Both the position numbers and the translations under genes were made by a program. Shown here piece after piece: positions 1 through 10,157 of a stretch of 64,000 nt of DNA. Below the pieces are notes generated by a model. That model worked only from the letters and a program-made list of their open reading frames with translations, ran no database searches and was not told the origin of the DNA. Source of the DNA: Candidatus Levybacteria bacterium CG2_30_37_29 (GTDB taxonomy: Bacteria > Patescibacteriota > Microgenomatia > Levybacterales > GWA1-39-11). The first letter of the stretch is position 1. Each line of letters starts with the position of its first letter. Location: NCBI GenBank assembly GCA_001873215.1, contig MNYS01000009.1, positions 3,654 through 67,653 of the forward strand, written 5' to 3'.

Positions 1-243
1 TAGATCATATTCTTGACCCTCAAATGGATACTTCATGCGAACAGGCGCAAGTTTTATTGTAATTCCCCGCTCACGTTCAATCGGGTTGCTATCAAGATAT
101 TGACTCCTCATGTTTCGAGCTTCAATAGTATTGGTCACTTCAAGCAACCTATCGGCAAGAGTGGATTTCCCATGATCAACATGCGCAATAATTGCGAAAT
201 TTCTAATATTATTTTGATTCACCTGTAGTGAGTTTAAAACCAT
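1..243 (-). CDS. lepA: Elongation factor 4 (LepA), N-terminal part; the gene runs off the window start
   Basis: Reverse-strand translation from ATG at 243 gives [35 protein letters not shown]...ERERGITIK, the classic LepA/EF4 G-domain N-terminus (G1 motif AHxDHGKST). Confidence 0.85.
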   Translation of the reverse strand, partial: MVLNSLQVNQNNIRNFAIIAHVDHGKSTLADRLLEVTNTIEARNMRSQYLDSNPIERERGITIKLAPVRMKYPFEGQEYDL

Positions 244-277
244 GGGAAGATTATACCAAAGAAACCTTTAAAACCCT

Positions 278-1930
278 TTATGGGTTGAGGCGGGAACCGT
301 CTATCATTTCTCCCAATTGCTTTAAAATCTTCGTGCGATCCCCAAATTTCTTGATAACCGCAATCACATAGTATGCTTCATGAATATCCAAAAGCCAAGT
401 AAAGAAAACATACGAAGCAAGTCCTGCAGCAGAAGCAATACCTGTTAGAATCAAAAGGTTTATTGTTCTTGTAGTATCAAAAACCAATTGATCCAAAAGT
501 TTTATCGGAACATATAATGCGACCCCCATAATAACCGTTGCGATAAGAATTTTTGTAAGAGTTAAAAGAATATCAAGACGAGGAAGATTGACTTTTCTAT
601 CAAGAAGCAAAAGCATAACAACAATACTAACTAAATTAGCAATAGAAAATGAAAACGCTAGTGAATATATCGGAAAATGATAACAAAGAATAAAAAGGTA
701 TGATGTAAAAATATTTATACTAACTGAAATAGACGTCACAATAAAAGGAGTTTTTGCGTCTTTTAGCGCGTAGAAAGCCCGCGACACCAAATACATAATA
801 GCAATGGCAGAAATTGAAATTGAAAAGTAAGCAAGTGTTAAACCGGTATCAACAGTTGCAGACCAGTCAAATCGGCTTGCTCCAAAAAAAAGCCTAACAA
901 CAGGAACACGAAGAACAATAAGAAGTGCTGAAATTGGCAATGTTAAATAAAGTATTTGATTAAATGAATAGGTAAAAATTGAAACAAACTCTTTTTTATC
1001 CCCTACTTTAAAAGAAAGCGCCGGAAAGCTTGCTTGTGCAATTGATTGACCGAAAAGAAGAACTGGTGCCATAACAAGAGTTTGCGCAAGGTCAAAAATA
1101 ACAAGACCGCGGGCTGAAACAAATGAAGCAAAAAAAACGTTTGCTGTTATCGCGATTTGTGAAAGAATAAGTGTCGCCGAACGCGGAACCATAAGGTGCA
1201 AAATTTTTTCAACGCCGTTTTTCATATTAAATGATGGCTTAAAGCTAAATCCGCTTGAAGCAAGAAGAGGAAGTTGAATAAGAAAAAAAAGAACCGAGCC
1301 TATTAATACCCCGACTGTCGCACCATAAATTCCAAGTCCAAAAAAGGAGGTAAAAATAATAAGTCCCAAAATTATACCGGCGTTATAAAACGCACTTGCA
1401 ATACCTGGAATTAGAAAATGCTGAAATGACTGAAGAATCGCCGTTGCAACAGTCCCCAAAATAAAAAAGAGCTGAGATAGCTGGATTATTATCATAAGAC
1501 GCGACATTAAAACTAACTCGTCTTTTGAAAAACCAGGAGCTACTAAAGACACAAGTTGATAAGAAAAAATTATCATAACAATAGTAACCACAACAAAAGA
1601 CACAAGACCAATAGTTATAAGGGATGAAGTTAGAGAAAATGCCTCTTTTTTTTTGTCACGGCTTAAATAATCTGAAAAAATAGGAATAAAAGAAGAAGAA
1701 AGCGCTCCAGCTATCACTATTTGAAAAATAAAATCAGGTATCCTAAAAGCTGCAAAAAATACACCGAGCGCACTTGATGCTCCAAAAAGGGAAACCAACA
1801 GACGGTATTTTAAAAGCCCTAAAACCTGGGATAAAATTGTTGTTAAAATTATAAAAGATGCAGCTGAAAAAATATTTGTTTGCTTGGACGTAAAAGCGTT
1901 GATACTTTTTTTAAAAAGGTCAGTTACCAT
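278..1930 (-). CDS. murJ: Lipid II flippase MurJ (MviN family)
   Basis: 550 aa, about 14 TM segments. N-terminus LLKYRLLVSLFGASSALGVFFAAFRIPDFIF matches the conserved MurJ/MviN start. Confidence 0.85.
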   Translation of the reverse strand: MVTDLFKKSINAFTSKQTNIFSAASFIILTTILSQVLGLLKYRLLVSLFGASSALGVFFAAFRIPDFIFQIVIAGALSSSFIPIFSDYLSRDKKKEAFSLTSSLITIGLVSFVVVTIVMIIFSYQLVSLVAPGFSKDELVLMSRLMIIIQLSQLFFILGTVATAILQSFQHFLIPGIASAFYNAGIILGLIIFTSFFGLGIYGATVGVLIGSVLFFLIQLPLLASSGFSFKPSFNMKNGVEKILHLMVPRSATLILSQIAITANVFFASFVSARGLVIFDLAQTLVMAPVLLFGQSIAQASFPALSFKVGDKKEFVSIFTYSFNQILYLTLPISALLIVLRVPVVRLFFGASRFDWSATVDTGLTLAYFSISISAIAIMYLVSRAFYALKDAKTPFIVTSISVSINIFTSYLFILCYHFPIYSLAFSFSIANLVSIVVMLLLLDRKVNLPRLDILLTLTKILIATVIMGVALYVPIKLLDQLVFDTTRTINLLILTGIASAAGLASYVFFTWLLDIHEAYYVIAVIKKFGDRTKILKQLGEMIDGSRLNP

Positions 1931-1984
1931 AAAGAAAATTTAAATCGAATTGTTTTTTTAAGTATAACATGATAAAATTCCTCT

Positions 1985-2293
1985 ATGCCAGTAATAAAAT
2001 CTGCAATAAAAAAACAAAGAAAAGACAAAAAAAGGACTGTACACAACAGCAAATTAAGAAAAACTCTTGAAGAGAAACTGAAAAAAGTAAAAAAAAGTTC
2101 AACTCCTACAAGTGTCGCGGCGACAATTTCGCTTATTGATAAAGCAGTAAAGAAAAATCTTATCCATAAGAATAAAGCTTCAAGGCTCAAAGCCAAACTT
2201 ACAAAAATGGCAAAACCTGTAAAAAAGCTTACTACAAAAAAGGCTGTAGCAGTCAAATCTTCAAAGTCCTCAACAAAAACAAAAAAAAAGTAA
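1985..2293 (+). CDS. rpsT: 30S ribosomal protein S20
   Basis: MPVIKSAIKKQRKDKKRTVHNSKLRK...NLIHKNKASRLKAKL aligns to S20 (E. coli ...GLIHKNKAARHKANL). Basic, about 100 aa. Confidence 0.9.
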   Translation: MPVIKSAIKKQRKDKKRTVHNSKLRKTLEEKLKKVKKSSTPTSVAATISLIDKAVKKNLIHKNKASRLKAKLTKMAKPVKKLTTKKAVAVKSSKSSTKTKKK

Positions 2294-2347
2294 CCTTCAT
2301 CGAATGAAATCCATTGTTTTAAGCAAGAAGAACAATAAACTTTTCTT

Positions 2348-2950
2348 TTGACAAAGAGAGTAAAACTATCTAAACTTAATAGTATTATGTCAGATTCCAA
2401 TCAGAACATAACTATTAATTTATCAGGAAAGCCAAAACAGACAATATCAGATGTATTTTTGAAGTGGGTAGTTAATGGCGGAAGGATTATTATTGTAGTA
2501 ACGGAACTACTGGCACTAGGTGCGCTTTTTTATAGATTTACAATTGACGGAAAAATAATTGATCTTCATGACCACATAAAACAGGCAGAATTTGCTGTTA
2601 AAAACCGGGCTGAAGAAGAAAAAAAATACAGAAGTATCCAAGACAGGCTTTCCAACATAAAATCAACTCAAGATGAAACAAAAACAAAAGTAGATATTCT
2701 AAATGATATTTTAAAATCTATTTCCGAAGGAACATTCTCGGCGACAAATCTTATTGTTAATAAAAATATAATTACCATTAACGCTAGTGCGTACTCTGTT
2801 TTTCCTGTAAATAATTTTATTGAAAATCTCAAACAAAACCCTAATGTCACAGCAATTAGTATTGATGAGATTAGTAGCGGAGATAAAGGTGTTCAGTTCA
2901 AAATAAATATTGAACTTAAAAAAACCGTAACTAAAACAACTAAAACATGA
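2348..2950 (+). CDS. PilN-like type IV pilus assembly protein (putative)
   Basis: N-terminal ITINLSG (INLLP-like) motif, single TM (IIIVVTELLALGALF), coiled-coil, about 200 aa. Followed by a PilO-like gene. Confidence 0.35.
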   Translation: MTKRVKLSKLNSIMSDSNQNITINLSGKPKQTISDVFLKWVVNGGRIIIVVTELLALGALFYRFTIDGKIIDLHDHIKQAEFAVKNRAEEEKKYRSIQDRLSNIKSTQDETKTKVDILNDILKSISEGTFSATNLIVNKNIITINASAYSVFPVNNFIENLKQNPNVTAISIDEISSGDKGVQFKINIELKKTVTKTTKT

Positions 2951-3573
2951 AAGCTCTATTTACAAAACTTTTTTTATTAACCAATCATTACAAAGAGTAT
3001 TTTAAAAAAAATACACCTTTTATTAAAAGTGATTCAAAAAAATTCACTGCTTATTTATATATCACACTAACTTTATTTTCTGTTTCATTTTTTGGGTTTT
3101 TTGCAATAAAGCCAACTTTGGATACAATTTCAAATCTTAATAAGCAATACGAAGATAATACATTTGTTTATAATGCGCTCAAAAAAAAACTTGTTGCATT
3201 AGACGCTCTTAACGTTCAGTATCAAACTTTGCAGCCTGATTTAAATTTGGTTTTTGACGCAATTCCTAAAACAAATAAGATTCCTTATCTTACACGACAA
3301 CTTGAAAAGTTGACGAGTGCACAAAATCTTAATCTTTCAAAGCTTGATTTTGGTGTAATAGAAATATATCCTGCCTTAAAACCTACACCGGGAATGTTCT
3401 CATATACCTTTAATATTACAGTTGAGGGCAGTGAAGATAAAGTAAATCGTTTTATTTCCGACATTATAAGCTTTGACAGAATTATAGGAATTGAGAGAAT
3501 AACAACCGGAAAAACAGATAACAATGTTTTTGGAACAACAATAACAGGACGCGCTTATTTTTTAAATCAATAA
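2947..3573 (+). CDS. PilO-like type IV pilus assembly protein (putative)
   Basis: N-terminal TM followed by coiled-coil (LNKQYEDNTFVYNALKKKLVALDALNVQYQTL) and a C-terminal alpha/beta domain. 4-bp overlap with the preceding PilN-like gene. Confidence 0.35.
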   Translation: MKALFTKLFLLTNHYKEYFKKNTPFIKSDSKKFTAYLYITLTLFSVSFFGFFAIKPTLDTISNLNKQYEDNTFVYNALKKKLVALDALNVQYQTLQPDLNLVFDAIPKTNKIPYLTRQLEKLTSAQNLNLSKLDFGVIEIYPALKPTPGMFSYTFNITVEGSEDKVNRFISDIISFDRIIGIERITTGKTDNNVFGTTITGRAYFLNQ

Positions 3574-3577
3574 AAAA

Positions 3578-3898
3578 ATGTTAAAAAACTTGTTTTATTT
3601 TGCGCTTCTTACAACCGTTTTTGTATTGTCTTGGATTGGCTTTGGAATTTACGATAATTTTACAAAATCTACTATTTCAAGCGATACTCAAATTAGAATA
3701 ATACCAATTTCTTCAACTTTTGATACTAAAACAATAGATTCTCTAAAAACAAAAAAAGTTATTACTGTCGACTTACAAGAAAAAATTGCTTTTCCTACAA
3801 GCTCTACCGCTGATAAAAACGCTTCTTCAAGCTCTGTACCCCAAAATACTTTTCAAGGCACGCAATCGGCTCAAACAACAAGTGGTTTTGGACTTTAA
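3578..3898 (+). CDS. Small membrane-anchored protein, unknown function (possible pilus accessory)
   Basis: N-terminal TM (FYFALLTTVFVLSWIGFGIY), Ser/Thr-rich tail, same operon orientation as the PilN/O-like genes. Confidence 0.3.
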   Translation: MLKNLFYFALLTTVFVLSWIGFGIYDNFTKSTISSDTQIRIIPISSTFDTKTIDSLKTKKVITVDLQEKIAFPTSSTADKNASSSSVPQNTFQGTQSAQTTSGFGL

Positions 3899-3902
3899 AA
3901 GT

Positions 3903-5312
3903 ATGAAGAAGAAAAAGGTATGGGAGAAACGAATCCCCACAATTTTAGCTTTTGTTATTTTACTTGGAAGTATTATTTTAACGCTTCAAATTATAAAAAA
4001 CCAGATACTTTTTATTGGAAGAGCAACTCCTGATACAACACCTCAAAATATAAAAATTACAAATATTACAGACACGTCTTTTACAGTAACTTTTACGACT
4101 TCGGCAAAAGCTATTGGCGGGGTAAGTATTGACGGAGGAGAAGGCGGAGCAATTCTTGCGCTGGATGACACAAATAAATCAGGAGGAGAACAAAAACAAC
4201 TTTTCTCCCACCACATAACGGTTGGCGATTTAAAACAAAAGACTCAACACAACTTTCAGATAATTTCCGATTCGGAAAGTTACAGCGATAGCGGTAAAAA
4301 ATATACTGTCACAACTGGTCCTGTAATTAATACGCCGCCTACAACTCAAAAACCTATTTTTGGTAAGGTTTTACTACCTAGCGGGGAAGTGGCATCCGAC
4401 ACATTAATTATTGCAACTGCTGATGATGTGCAAACTCTTTCCACTGTAACAAAAGACTCGGGTGAATTTACTATACCTGTTAATTCCGCAAGAAATTTGA
4501 CGCTTGAATCATACAAAAATTTTTCTGACCAAACACTAATTACTATTACGGCAAGGCGCGAAAACATGAAATCTATAGTAACTTTACTTTACAAAGACGC
4601 TCAAAATATTCCATCAATAACTTTATCGTCTGATTATGACTTTAAGACTCCCAACATTGAATCGGAAGAAGCCACTCCTACTTCTTCTTTAAAAATTCCA
4701 ACTTTGGCAGTAAAACAAGGAGAAGTAAGAATTATAACTCCTAAAAAAGATGAACGTTTTACCGATCAACAACCGCGCTTTCAAGGAGTTGCTTTACCAA
4801 GTCAGAAAGTAAAAATAACCATACACTCGGATGAAAATATAGTAACGGAAGTAAAAAGCGACAATAACGGAATTTGGACTTATAGACCTCCAAAAGATTT
4901 AAGCCCCGGGGAACACACCATAACAATTGAAACCGTTGACGGATTTGGAGTTATTAGGCGCATTACTCAAACTTTTACAGTATTTGCTTCAGGCTCCCAG
5001 CTTTCACTTGATGCAACCGGCACCCCAACTCAAACACCAACAAACACTCCTATACCCTCTCCAACACTAACAGGAACTCCAACTATTTCTCCGGCGGGCT
5101 CTCCGACACCAACCACTGCTTCTGTCTCCCCTTCTCCTACTAATATTGTTCCGTCACCAACAACTGTCACATCTACTGTTGCACCAACACAAACACCTCC
5201 AACTCCAAAACCAACCATTACATCTCCTGGAGGAACAAACCAAACAATAATATTATCGGTTATATCAGCATTATTTATTGTGACAGGAACAACTCTTTTA
5301 TTCCTGCTTTAA
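3903..5312 (+). CDS. Cell-surface protein with FN3/Ig-like domains, Pro/Thr-rich stalk and C-terminal TM anchor
   Basis: Start placed at internal MKKKKVW (3903), because the annotated ORF start overlaps the upstream gene. N-terminal signal-anchor, ITNITDTSFTVTFTT FN3-like strand, long PT-rich linker (TPTQTPTNTPIPSPT...), C-terminal hydrophobic anchor IILSVISALFIVTGTTLLFLL. Confidence 0.5.
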   Translation: MKKKKVWEKRIPTILAFVILLGSIILTLQIIKNQILFIGRATPDTTPQNIKITNITDTSFTVTFTTSAKAIGGVSIDGGEGGAILALDDTNKSGGEQKQLFSHHITVGDLKQKTQHNFQIISDSESYSDSGKKYTVTTGPVINTPPTTQKPIFGKVLLPSGEVASDTLIIATADDVQTLSTVTKDSGEFTIPVNSARNLTLESYKNFSDQTLITITARRENMKSIVTLLYKDAQNIPSITLSSDYDFKTPNIESEEATPTSSLKIPTLAVKQGEVRIITPKKDERFTDQQPRFQGVALPSQKVKITIHSDENIVTEVKSDNNGIWTYRPPKDLSPGEHTITIETVDGFGVIRRITQTFTVFASGSQLSLDATGTPTQTPTNTPIPSPTLTGTPTISPAGSPTPTTASVSPSPTNIVPSPTTVTSTVAPTQTPPTPKPTITSPGGTNQTIILSVISALFIVTGTTLLFLL

Positions 5313-5373
5313 AAAATATTTCAAATACACAACGCGTTGTTTGTGAAACTTCCGGTATCTTGCGAATAACTAT

Positions 5374-6681
5374 TTGTACGCATACAATAGTAAAATGAAA
5401 ATTGGGATAATTGGTGCCGGCTTTACCGGTCTATCTAGTGCTTATTATCTTTCAAAGAAAGGGCATACTGTTATTGTTTTTGAAAAAGACGACAAACCCG
5501 GAGGGCTGGCTGTCGGATACAAGGAAGAAAAGTGGGATTGGACGCTTGAGCCACACTACCACCATTGGTTTACAAACGATAAAAGCGTACTTTCATTAGC
5601 AAAAGAAATCAATCATAAAGTTATTATTAAAAGACCAAAAACATCATCTTTTGTAAACAATAAAATATACCAGCTGGACTCCCCCATTTCACTTTTAAGA
5701 TTTACCAAACTTTCACTTTTTAACCGAATCCGAATGGGCATTTCGCTTGCTGTTCTTAGATATAATCCAATTTGGAAACCTCTTGAAAAATTTCATGCCG
5801 AACCTTATCTTAAAAAAATGATGGGAAGGATAACCTATGAAAAATTGTGGAAACCTCTTATGGTAAATAAGCTGGGAAAATATGCCAAAAATGTATCCCT
5901 CTCATGGTTTTGGGCAAGAGTTTATAAGCGGACTTCAAGCCTTGCATATCCCCAAGGAGGATTTTTGGAGTTTTCAAAACATTTAGAAAAAGAGGTAAAA
6001 AAACGGGGAGGAAAATTTTATTACAATACCGAAGTAACCAAATTTTCATCAAACAACAAACCTCAAATTTCTTACAAAATACAAAATACCAAATACCAAA
6101 TACAACAATTTGATAGGGTCATCGTTACTGTCCCATCGCCTTTGTTTATAAAAATTGCCAAAGAATTACCTGCTTCTTATATAACTAGACTAAACAGACT
6201 CAAGGTTATAGGCGCAGTGAATCTTGTTCTTCGCCTATCAAAACCATTTTTTACCGACGGAACTTATTGGCTTAGTATGTGTGATCTAAAATCACCTATT
6301 CTTGCAATTGTTGAACACACAAACTTTATGGACAAAAAAAATTATAATAATGAATACCTCATCTATGTCGGAAATTATATGGAAGCTTCTGATCCGCGGT
6401 TTAAGATGTCAAAAGAAGAACTATTAAAACTCTATGACCCCTGGCTTAAAAAAATAAACCCTAATTATCAATTCTCAATTATTAACTCTCAACTTTTTCA
6501 TGCTCCTTTTGCCCAACCAATTATTCCTGTAAACTATTCTAAAATAATGCCGGGGTTTAACACTCCGCTTAAAAACGTATACCTTGCAAACATCCAGCAA
6601 GTGTATCCTTGGGACAGAGGCACTAACTATGCGGTCGAGCTTGGGAAAAATATTGCAAAATTAATTGATGAAAGTAATTAA
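5374..6681 (+). CDS. FAD/NAD(P)-binding oxidoreductase (amine-oxidase / protoporphyrinogen-oxidase-like fold)
   Basis: Rossmann dinucleotide motif MKIGIIGAGFTGLSSAYYLSKKGHTVIVFEKDDKPGG (GxGxxG ... E ... GG). About 430 aa; heads a cluster of membrane glycosyltransferases. Confidence 0.65.
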   Translation: MYAYNSKMKIGIIGAGFTGLSSAYYLSKKGHTVIVFEKDDKPGGLAVGYKEEKWDWTLEPHYHHWFTNDKSVLSLAKEINHKVIIKRPKTSSFVNNKIYQLDSPISLLRFTKLSLFNRIRMGISLAVLRYNPIWKPLEKFHAEPYLKKMMGRITYEKLWKPLMVNKLGKYAKNVSLSWFWARVYKRTSSLAYPQGGFLEFSKHLEKEVKKRGGKFYYNTEVTKFSSNNKPQISYKIQNTKYQIQQFDRVIVTVPSPLFIKIAKELPASYITRLNRLKVIGAVNLVLRLSKPFFTDGTYWLSMCDLKSPILAIVEHTNFMDKKNYNNEYLIYVGNYMEASDPRFKMSKEELLKLYDPWLKKINPNYQFSIINSQLFHAPFAQPIIPVNYSKIMPGFNTPLKNVYLANIQQVYPWDRGTNYAVELGKNIAKLIDESN

Positions 6682-8350
6682 ATTTTTTCATAAAAATGTT
6701 TTTTTGTCTATTTGTTTATTATTAATTGTTTTTGGGGTTTTTGTTCGTTTTTACAATCTTTCTTGGGGATCTCCATATTTTTTCCACCCGGATGAAAGAA
6801 ATATTGCTTCATCAGTCTCTCAAATTAGTTTTCCAAACAACATGAATCCACATTTTTTTGCATATGGCTCTTTTCCAATTTATACAATCTACTTCCTTGG
6901 GGTTTTGCAAAACCTAACAACTATTAATCTTTTTCATCTAAATATTCCTTTTTTAAGAGTTTCATTTGAGAATGCAATTATTATCGGCAGAGTTATTTCA
7001 TCCTTATTTTCAATTATTTTATTATTCCTCCTTTTTAAAACCGGCAAAATTGTAGGAAATACAAAAAGCGCACTTATTGGAACAGTTTTTGCCTCTCTAA
7101 GTGTTGGATTTATTCAATACGCTCATTTTGCAACATTTGAAATATGGCTTTCATTATTTACACTTTTACTTTTAAATCTACTTTTAAAATACGGAAAAAC
7201 GCCAACTCTTAAAATTCTTATTTATATAAGCGCGGTTACAGGTATTTTAGTATCTATAAAAATTTCTTCACTTATTCTTCTCCCTATATCTATATTCGTA
7301 ATTTGTGCCTCTGAAATTTTCAAATTAAAAGTAAAAAGAAAATATTCATTTCTGGCTTTTGAAAAAATAGTTTTAAGAGCGGTTGTGACAATTACAATTG
7401 CGCTAATTATTGTTTTTATAACTTCTCCGTATTTTTGGTTTGACACTAAAGAGTTTTTGGGAAGCATTAGATATGAAACGAACGTAGCCCTTGGAACACT
7501 TCCGGTTTTTTATACTCAGGGATTTATTGATTCAATGCCGGTTGTTTATCAACTTTTAAAAGTTTATCCTTTCATTCTAAATCCTTTTATACTTGTATTT
7601 TTTATAGCGATCCTTCCTTTTATTATTCTAAAAGCAATTAAAAATCGGAATTGGCAAATTCTTATTGTAGTATTGTTTTTCTTAACAACATTTTTTTCAC
7701 AAGCTTTTTTGTACGTTAAGTGGATTCGTTATTATATTCCTTCCCTAGCATTTGTATATATTATTATTGGATTTTATCTGGCAAATCCCCATTATTATTT
7801 TCGTAAAAATAAAAATATTCAAAACTATTTAATTTATTTACTTTTCGTAATATGTTTTGTTTTTGCTTTTTCATTTTATAAAACGGTTCTGTTACAAAAC
7901 TTTACTACGGTTGATGCAGCTATTTGGGCGCGGAAAAATATTTCCGGAAGCTCAAAAATACTGTCGGAAGTTTATGATATGGGAATTGTTCCCTTTAATT
8001 CAAACTTTTCCTCTATTACTCTTTTTAACTTTTATGATTTGGATGTTAACGACATAAAATCAACGGAGCTTAAAATTCTTACTGAAAATTCTAAATACAT
8101 TATTATTCCAAGCCAAAGAATTCTAAAAGACAGAATTGAAAAGCCCAAAATATTCCCTAAAGGCTATATATTTTATAGTAAACTGTTAAACGGAACGCTT
8201 GGATTTAAAAAAATATATGAAACCCCTTGCGACGTATTTTGCAAGATTTTATATTTAAACAGTCCGACATATTCATTTGAACAGACTGCTAATGTTTTTG
8301 ACAGACCGACTGTTCTAATTTTCGAACGAAGTGAGAAAAGAGCGGAGTGA
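6665..8350 (+). CDS. GT-C membrane glycosyltransferase, GT39/PMT/ArnT-like (paralog 1)
   Basis: Polytopic; conserved first-loop motif FHPDERN and NPHFFAYGSFPIY shared with the next paralog; C-terminal soluble domain. Confidence 0.65.
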   Translation: MMKVIKFFHKNVFLSICLLLIVFGVFVRFYNLSWGSPYFFHPDERNIASSVSQISFPNNMNPHFFAYGSFPIYTIYFLGVLQNLTTINLFHLNIPFLRVSFENAIIIGRVISSLFSIILLFLLFKTGKIVGNTKSALIGTVFASLSVGFIQYAHFATFEIWLSLFTLLLLNLLLKYGKTPTLKILIYISAVTGILVSIKISSLILLPISIFVICASEIFKLKVKRKYSFLAFEKIVLRAVVTITIALIIVFITSPYFWFDTKEFLGSIRYETNVALGTLPVFYTQGFIDSMPVVYQLLKVYPFILNPFILVFFIAILPFIILKAIKNRNWQILIVVLFFLTTFFSQAFLYVKWIRYYIPSLAFVYIIIGFYLANPHYYFRKNKNIQNYLIYLLFVICFVFAFSFYKTVLLQNFTTVDAAIWARKNISGSSKILSEVYDMGIVPFNSNFSSITLFNFYDLDVNDIKSTELKILTENSKYIIIPSQRILKDRIEKPKIFPKGYIFYSKLLNGTLGFKKIYETPCDVFCKILYLNSPTYSFEQTANVFDRPTVLIFERSEKRAE

Positions 8351-8403
8351 CCTTTTTAAGAAAATTAGGAATTGATCCCGATTGAATCGGGATTGAAAAT
8401 TAA

Positions 8404-10128
8404 ATGAAACAGGTAAAATTAAAAATTATTCTGCTTACAATTATATTGTTAGGATTTTTTCTGCGTTTTTATGGAATCAACTGGGACAAAAGCTGCTGTC
8501 TTCATCCGGACGAACGGGCGATTGTAATGTTTACAACTCCATTAAAGCTACCGGTAAATATTTCAGAATTTTTAAGCATCACAAGCCCGCTTAATCCGCA
8601 TTTTTTTGCATATGGTAGCTTTCCTCTTTACCTTTTAAAAAGTGTTATGACATTTACCGGATTTATAAATCCAGTATATGCTTCTTATCAAATAGGTGGG
8701 GTTGTTGGGAGAAACATTTCAATTGCTGCAGATCTTGCCACTTTATTTTTAGTTTTTCTTATTGGAAAAAAGTTATTCGATAAAAAGATAGGTTTATTTG
8801 CGGCTTTTTTCTATTCGCTTTCTGTTTTTCCAATTCAAGCATCACATTTTTATGCCGTTGATATTCTCCTCACGTTTTTTATTATTTTGACTCTTTATCA
8901 ACTTATAAGATTCTATGAAAATCCTTCAATTAAAAATTCTTTATTTGTTGGAATATTTTTTGGTTTCGCTCTTGCAACAAAAATCAGCGCAATACCTTTA
9001 ATCGCAGCAATCTCCTTCACGATTACAGCAGATTTTATTTTAGTATTTATAAAACAACCTCATAAAATAAAATCTTGGTTGCCTCACCTACCTAGAACAG
9101 TTATAAAACTTATTAAAGATGGGTTTGTAATTTCTTCCGCGACTTTTCTGACTTTTATAGTCCTTGAACCTTATGCGCTTATTGATTTTCAGGAATTTTT
9201 AAAACAAAGCCTTTTGCAGTCACAGATGACAAAAAATGCATTCATCTTTCCTTATACTCTCCAGTACGTAGGGAAGATTCCATATCTATATGAATTAAAA
9301 AATGTATTTTTATGGGGAATGGGACCAGTAATTGCAACTTTTGCTTTTTTAGGTTTTCTTAATTTTTTCTATTTGGTTTTTAAAAAAGAAACAAAAGCAA
9401 AAGACGCAAAGCAAATTATTATTTTCATATTCTTTATTGTGTATTTTTTAATAGTCGGAAAATTTGCCGTCGGATGGATGCGCTATATGCTTCCCCTTTA
9501 TCCATTATTGTCAATTTTCGCCGGCATGTTTATCGTTACTTTTCTTAAACCAAAGCTTGAAACAATAAAAAACAAAATCATACTTAATACCTTATACCTA
9601 ATACTTTATACATTAACCATTGTTTGGACGCTTTCTTTTATCCAAATTTATACCAAACCTAATACAAGAATTACAGCCTCTGAATGGATTTATAAAAATA
9701 TACCCCCCAATTCAATAATTGCCAAGGAACATTGGGACGATGGTCTGCCTATTGGCGGAACCGTACCCTATCAAATTTTAGAACTTCCAATTTATGAAAT
9801 AGAAAATCCTCTTCGTGAAGAACAGATTTACCAAACAATCCAAAAAACAAATTATATAATAATTGCAAGTAATCGCTTGTACGTTCCCCTTCAACGCCTT
9901 TCTAAAAATTGCCGAAAATGGAATCTCCCCCAAGAAAGATGTGCTAATAATGCCAACAAATACTATGAAAAACTTTTTAGTGGAGAACTGGGATATAAAA
10001 AAGTTGCCGAATTTACAAACTATCCAAAAGTACCCTTTACTAACATCGAGATAAATGACGAGTCAGCCGACGAATCATTTACGGTCTACGACCACCCAAA
10101 GGTTATGATATTTAAAAATTATAAGTGA
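8404..10128 (+). CDS. GT-C membrane glycosyltransferase, GT39/PMT/ArnT-like (paralog 2)
   Basis: LHPDERAIVM, NPHFFAYGSFPLY motifs identical in register to 6665..8350; polytopic N-domain plus C-terminal soluble domain. Confidence 0.65.
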   Translation: MKQVKLKIILLTIILLGFFLRFYGINWDKSCCLHPDERAIVMFTTPLKLPVNISEFLSITSPLNPHFFAYGSFPLYLLKSVMTFTGFINPVYASYQIGGVVGRNISIAADLATLFLVFLIGKKLFDKKIGLFAAFFYSLSVFPIQASHFYAVDILLTFFIILTLYQLIRFYENPSIKNSLFVGIFFGFALATKISAIPLIAAISFTITADFILVFIKQPHKIKSWLPHLPRTVIKLIKDGFVISSATFLTFIVLEPYALIDFQEFLKQSLLQSQMTKNAFIFPYTLQYVGKIPYLYELKNVFLWGMGPVIATFAFLGFLNFFYLVFKKETKAKDAKQIIIFIFFIVYFLIVGKFAVGWMRYMLPLYPLLSIFAGMFIVTFLKPKLETIKNKIILNTLYLILYTLTIVWTLSFIQIYTKPNTRITASEWIYKNIPPNSIIAKEHWDDGLPIGGTVPYQILELPIYEIENPLREEQIYQTIQKTNYIIIASNRLYVPLQRLSKNCRKWNLPQERCANNANKYYEKLFSGELGYKKVAEFTNYPKVPFTNIEINDESADESFTVYDHPKVMIFKNYK

Positions 10129-10157
10129 TAAGCTTGATATATTAATGCTACACAATT

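Noticed and set aside
13-228. 71-aa plus-strand ORF at the window start
   Set aside because: It is antisense to the clearly recognisable LepA N-terminus ([16 protein letters not shown]) on the minus strand; no coding signal of its own.
1924-2400. 158-aa minus-strand ORF overlapping rpsT
   Set aside because: It is antisense to the ribosomal protein S20 gene and low-complexity Phe/Leu-rich, an artefact of translating the Lys-rich (AAA/AAG) rpsT on the opposite strand.
5030-5230. Pro/Thr-rich nucleotide repeats (also at 61740-61930)
   Set aside because: These are in-frame low-complexity linkers of the surface protein and the VirB4 C-terminal tail, not independent tandem-repeat elements or CRISPR-like arrays.
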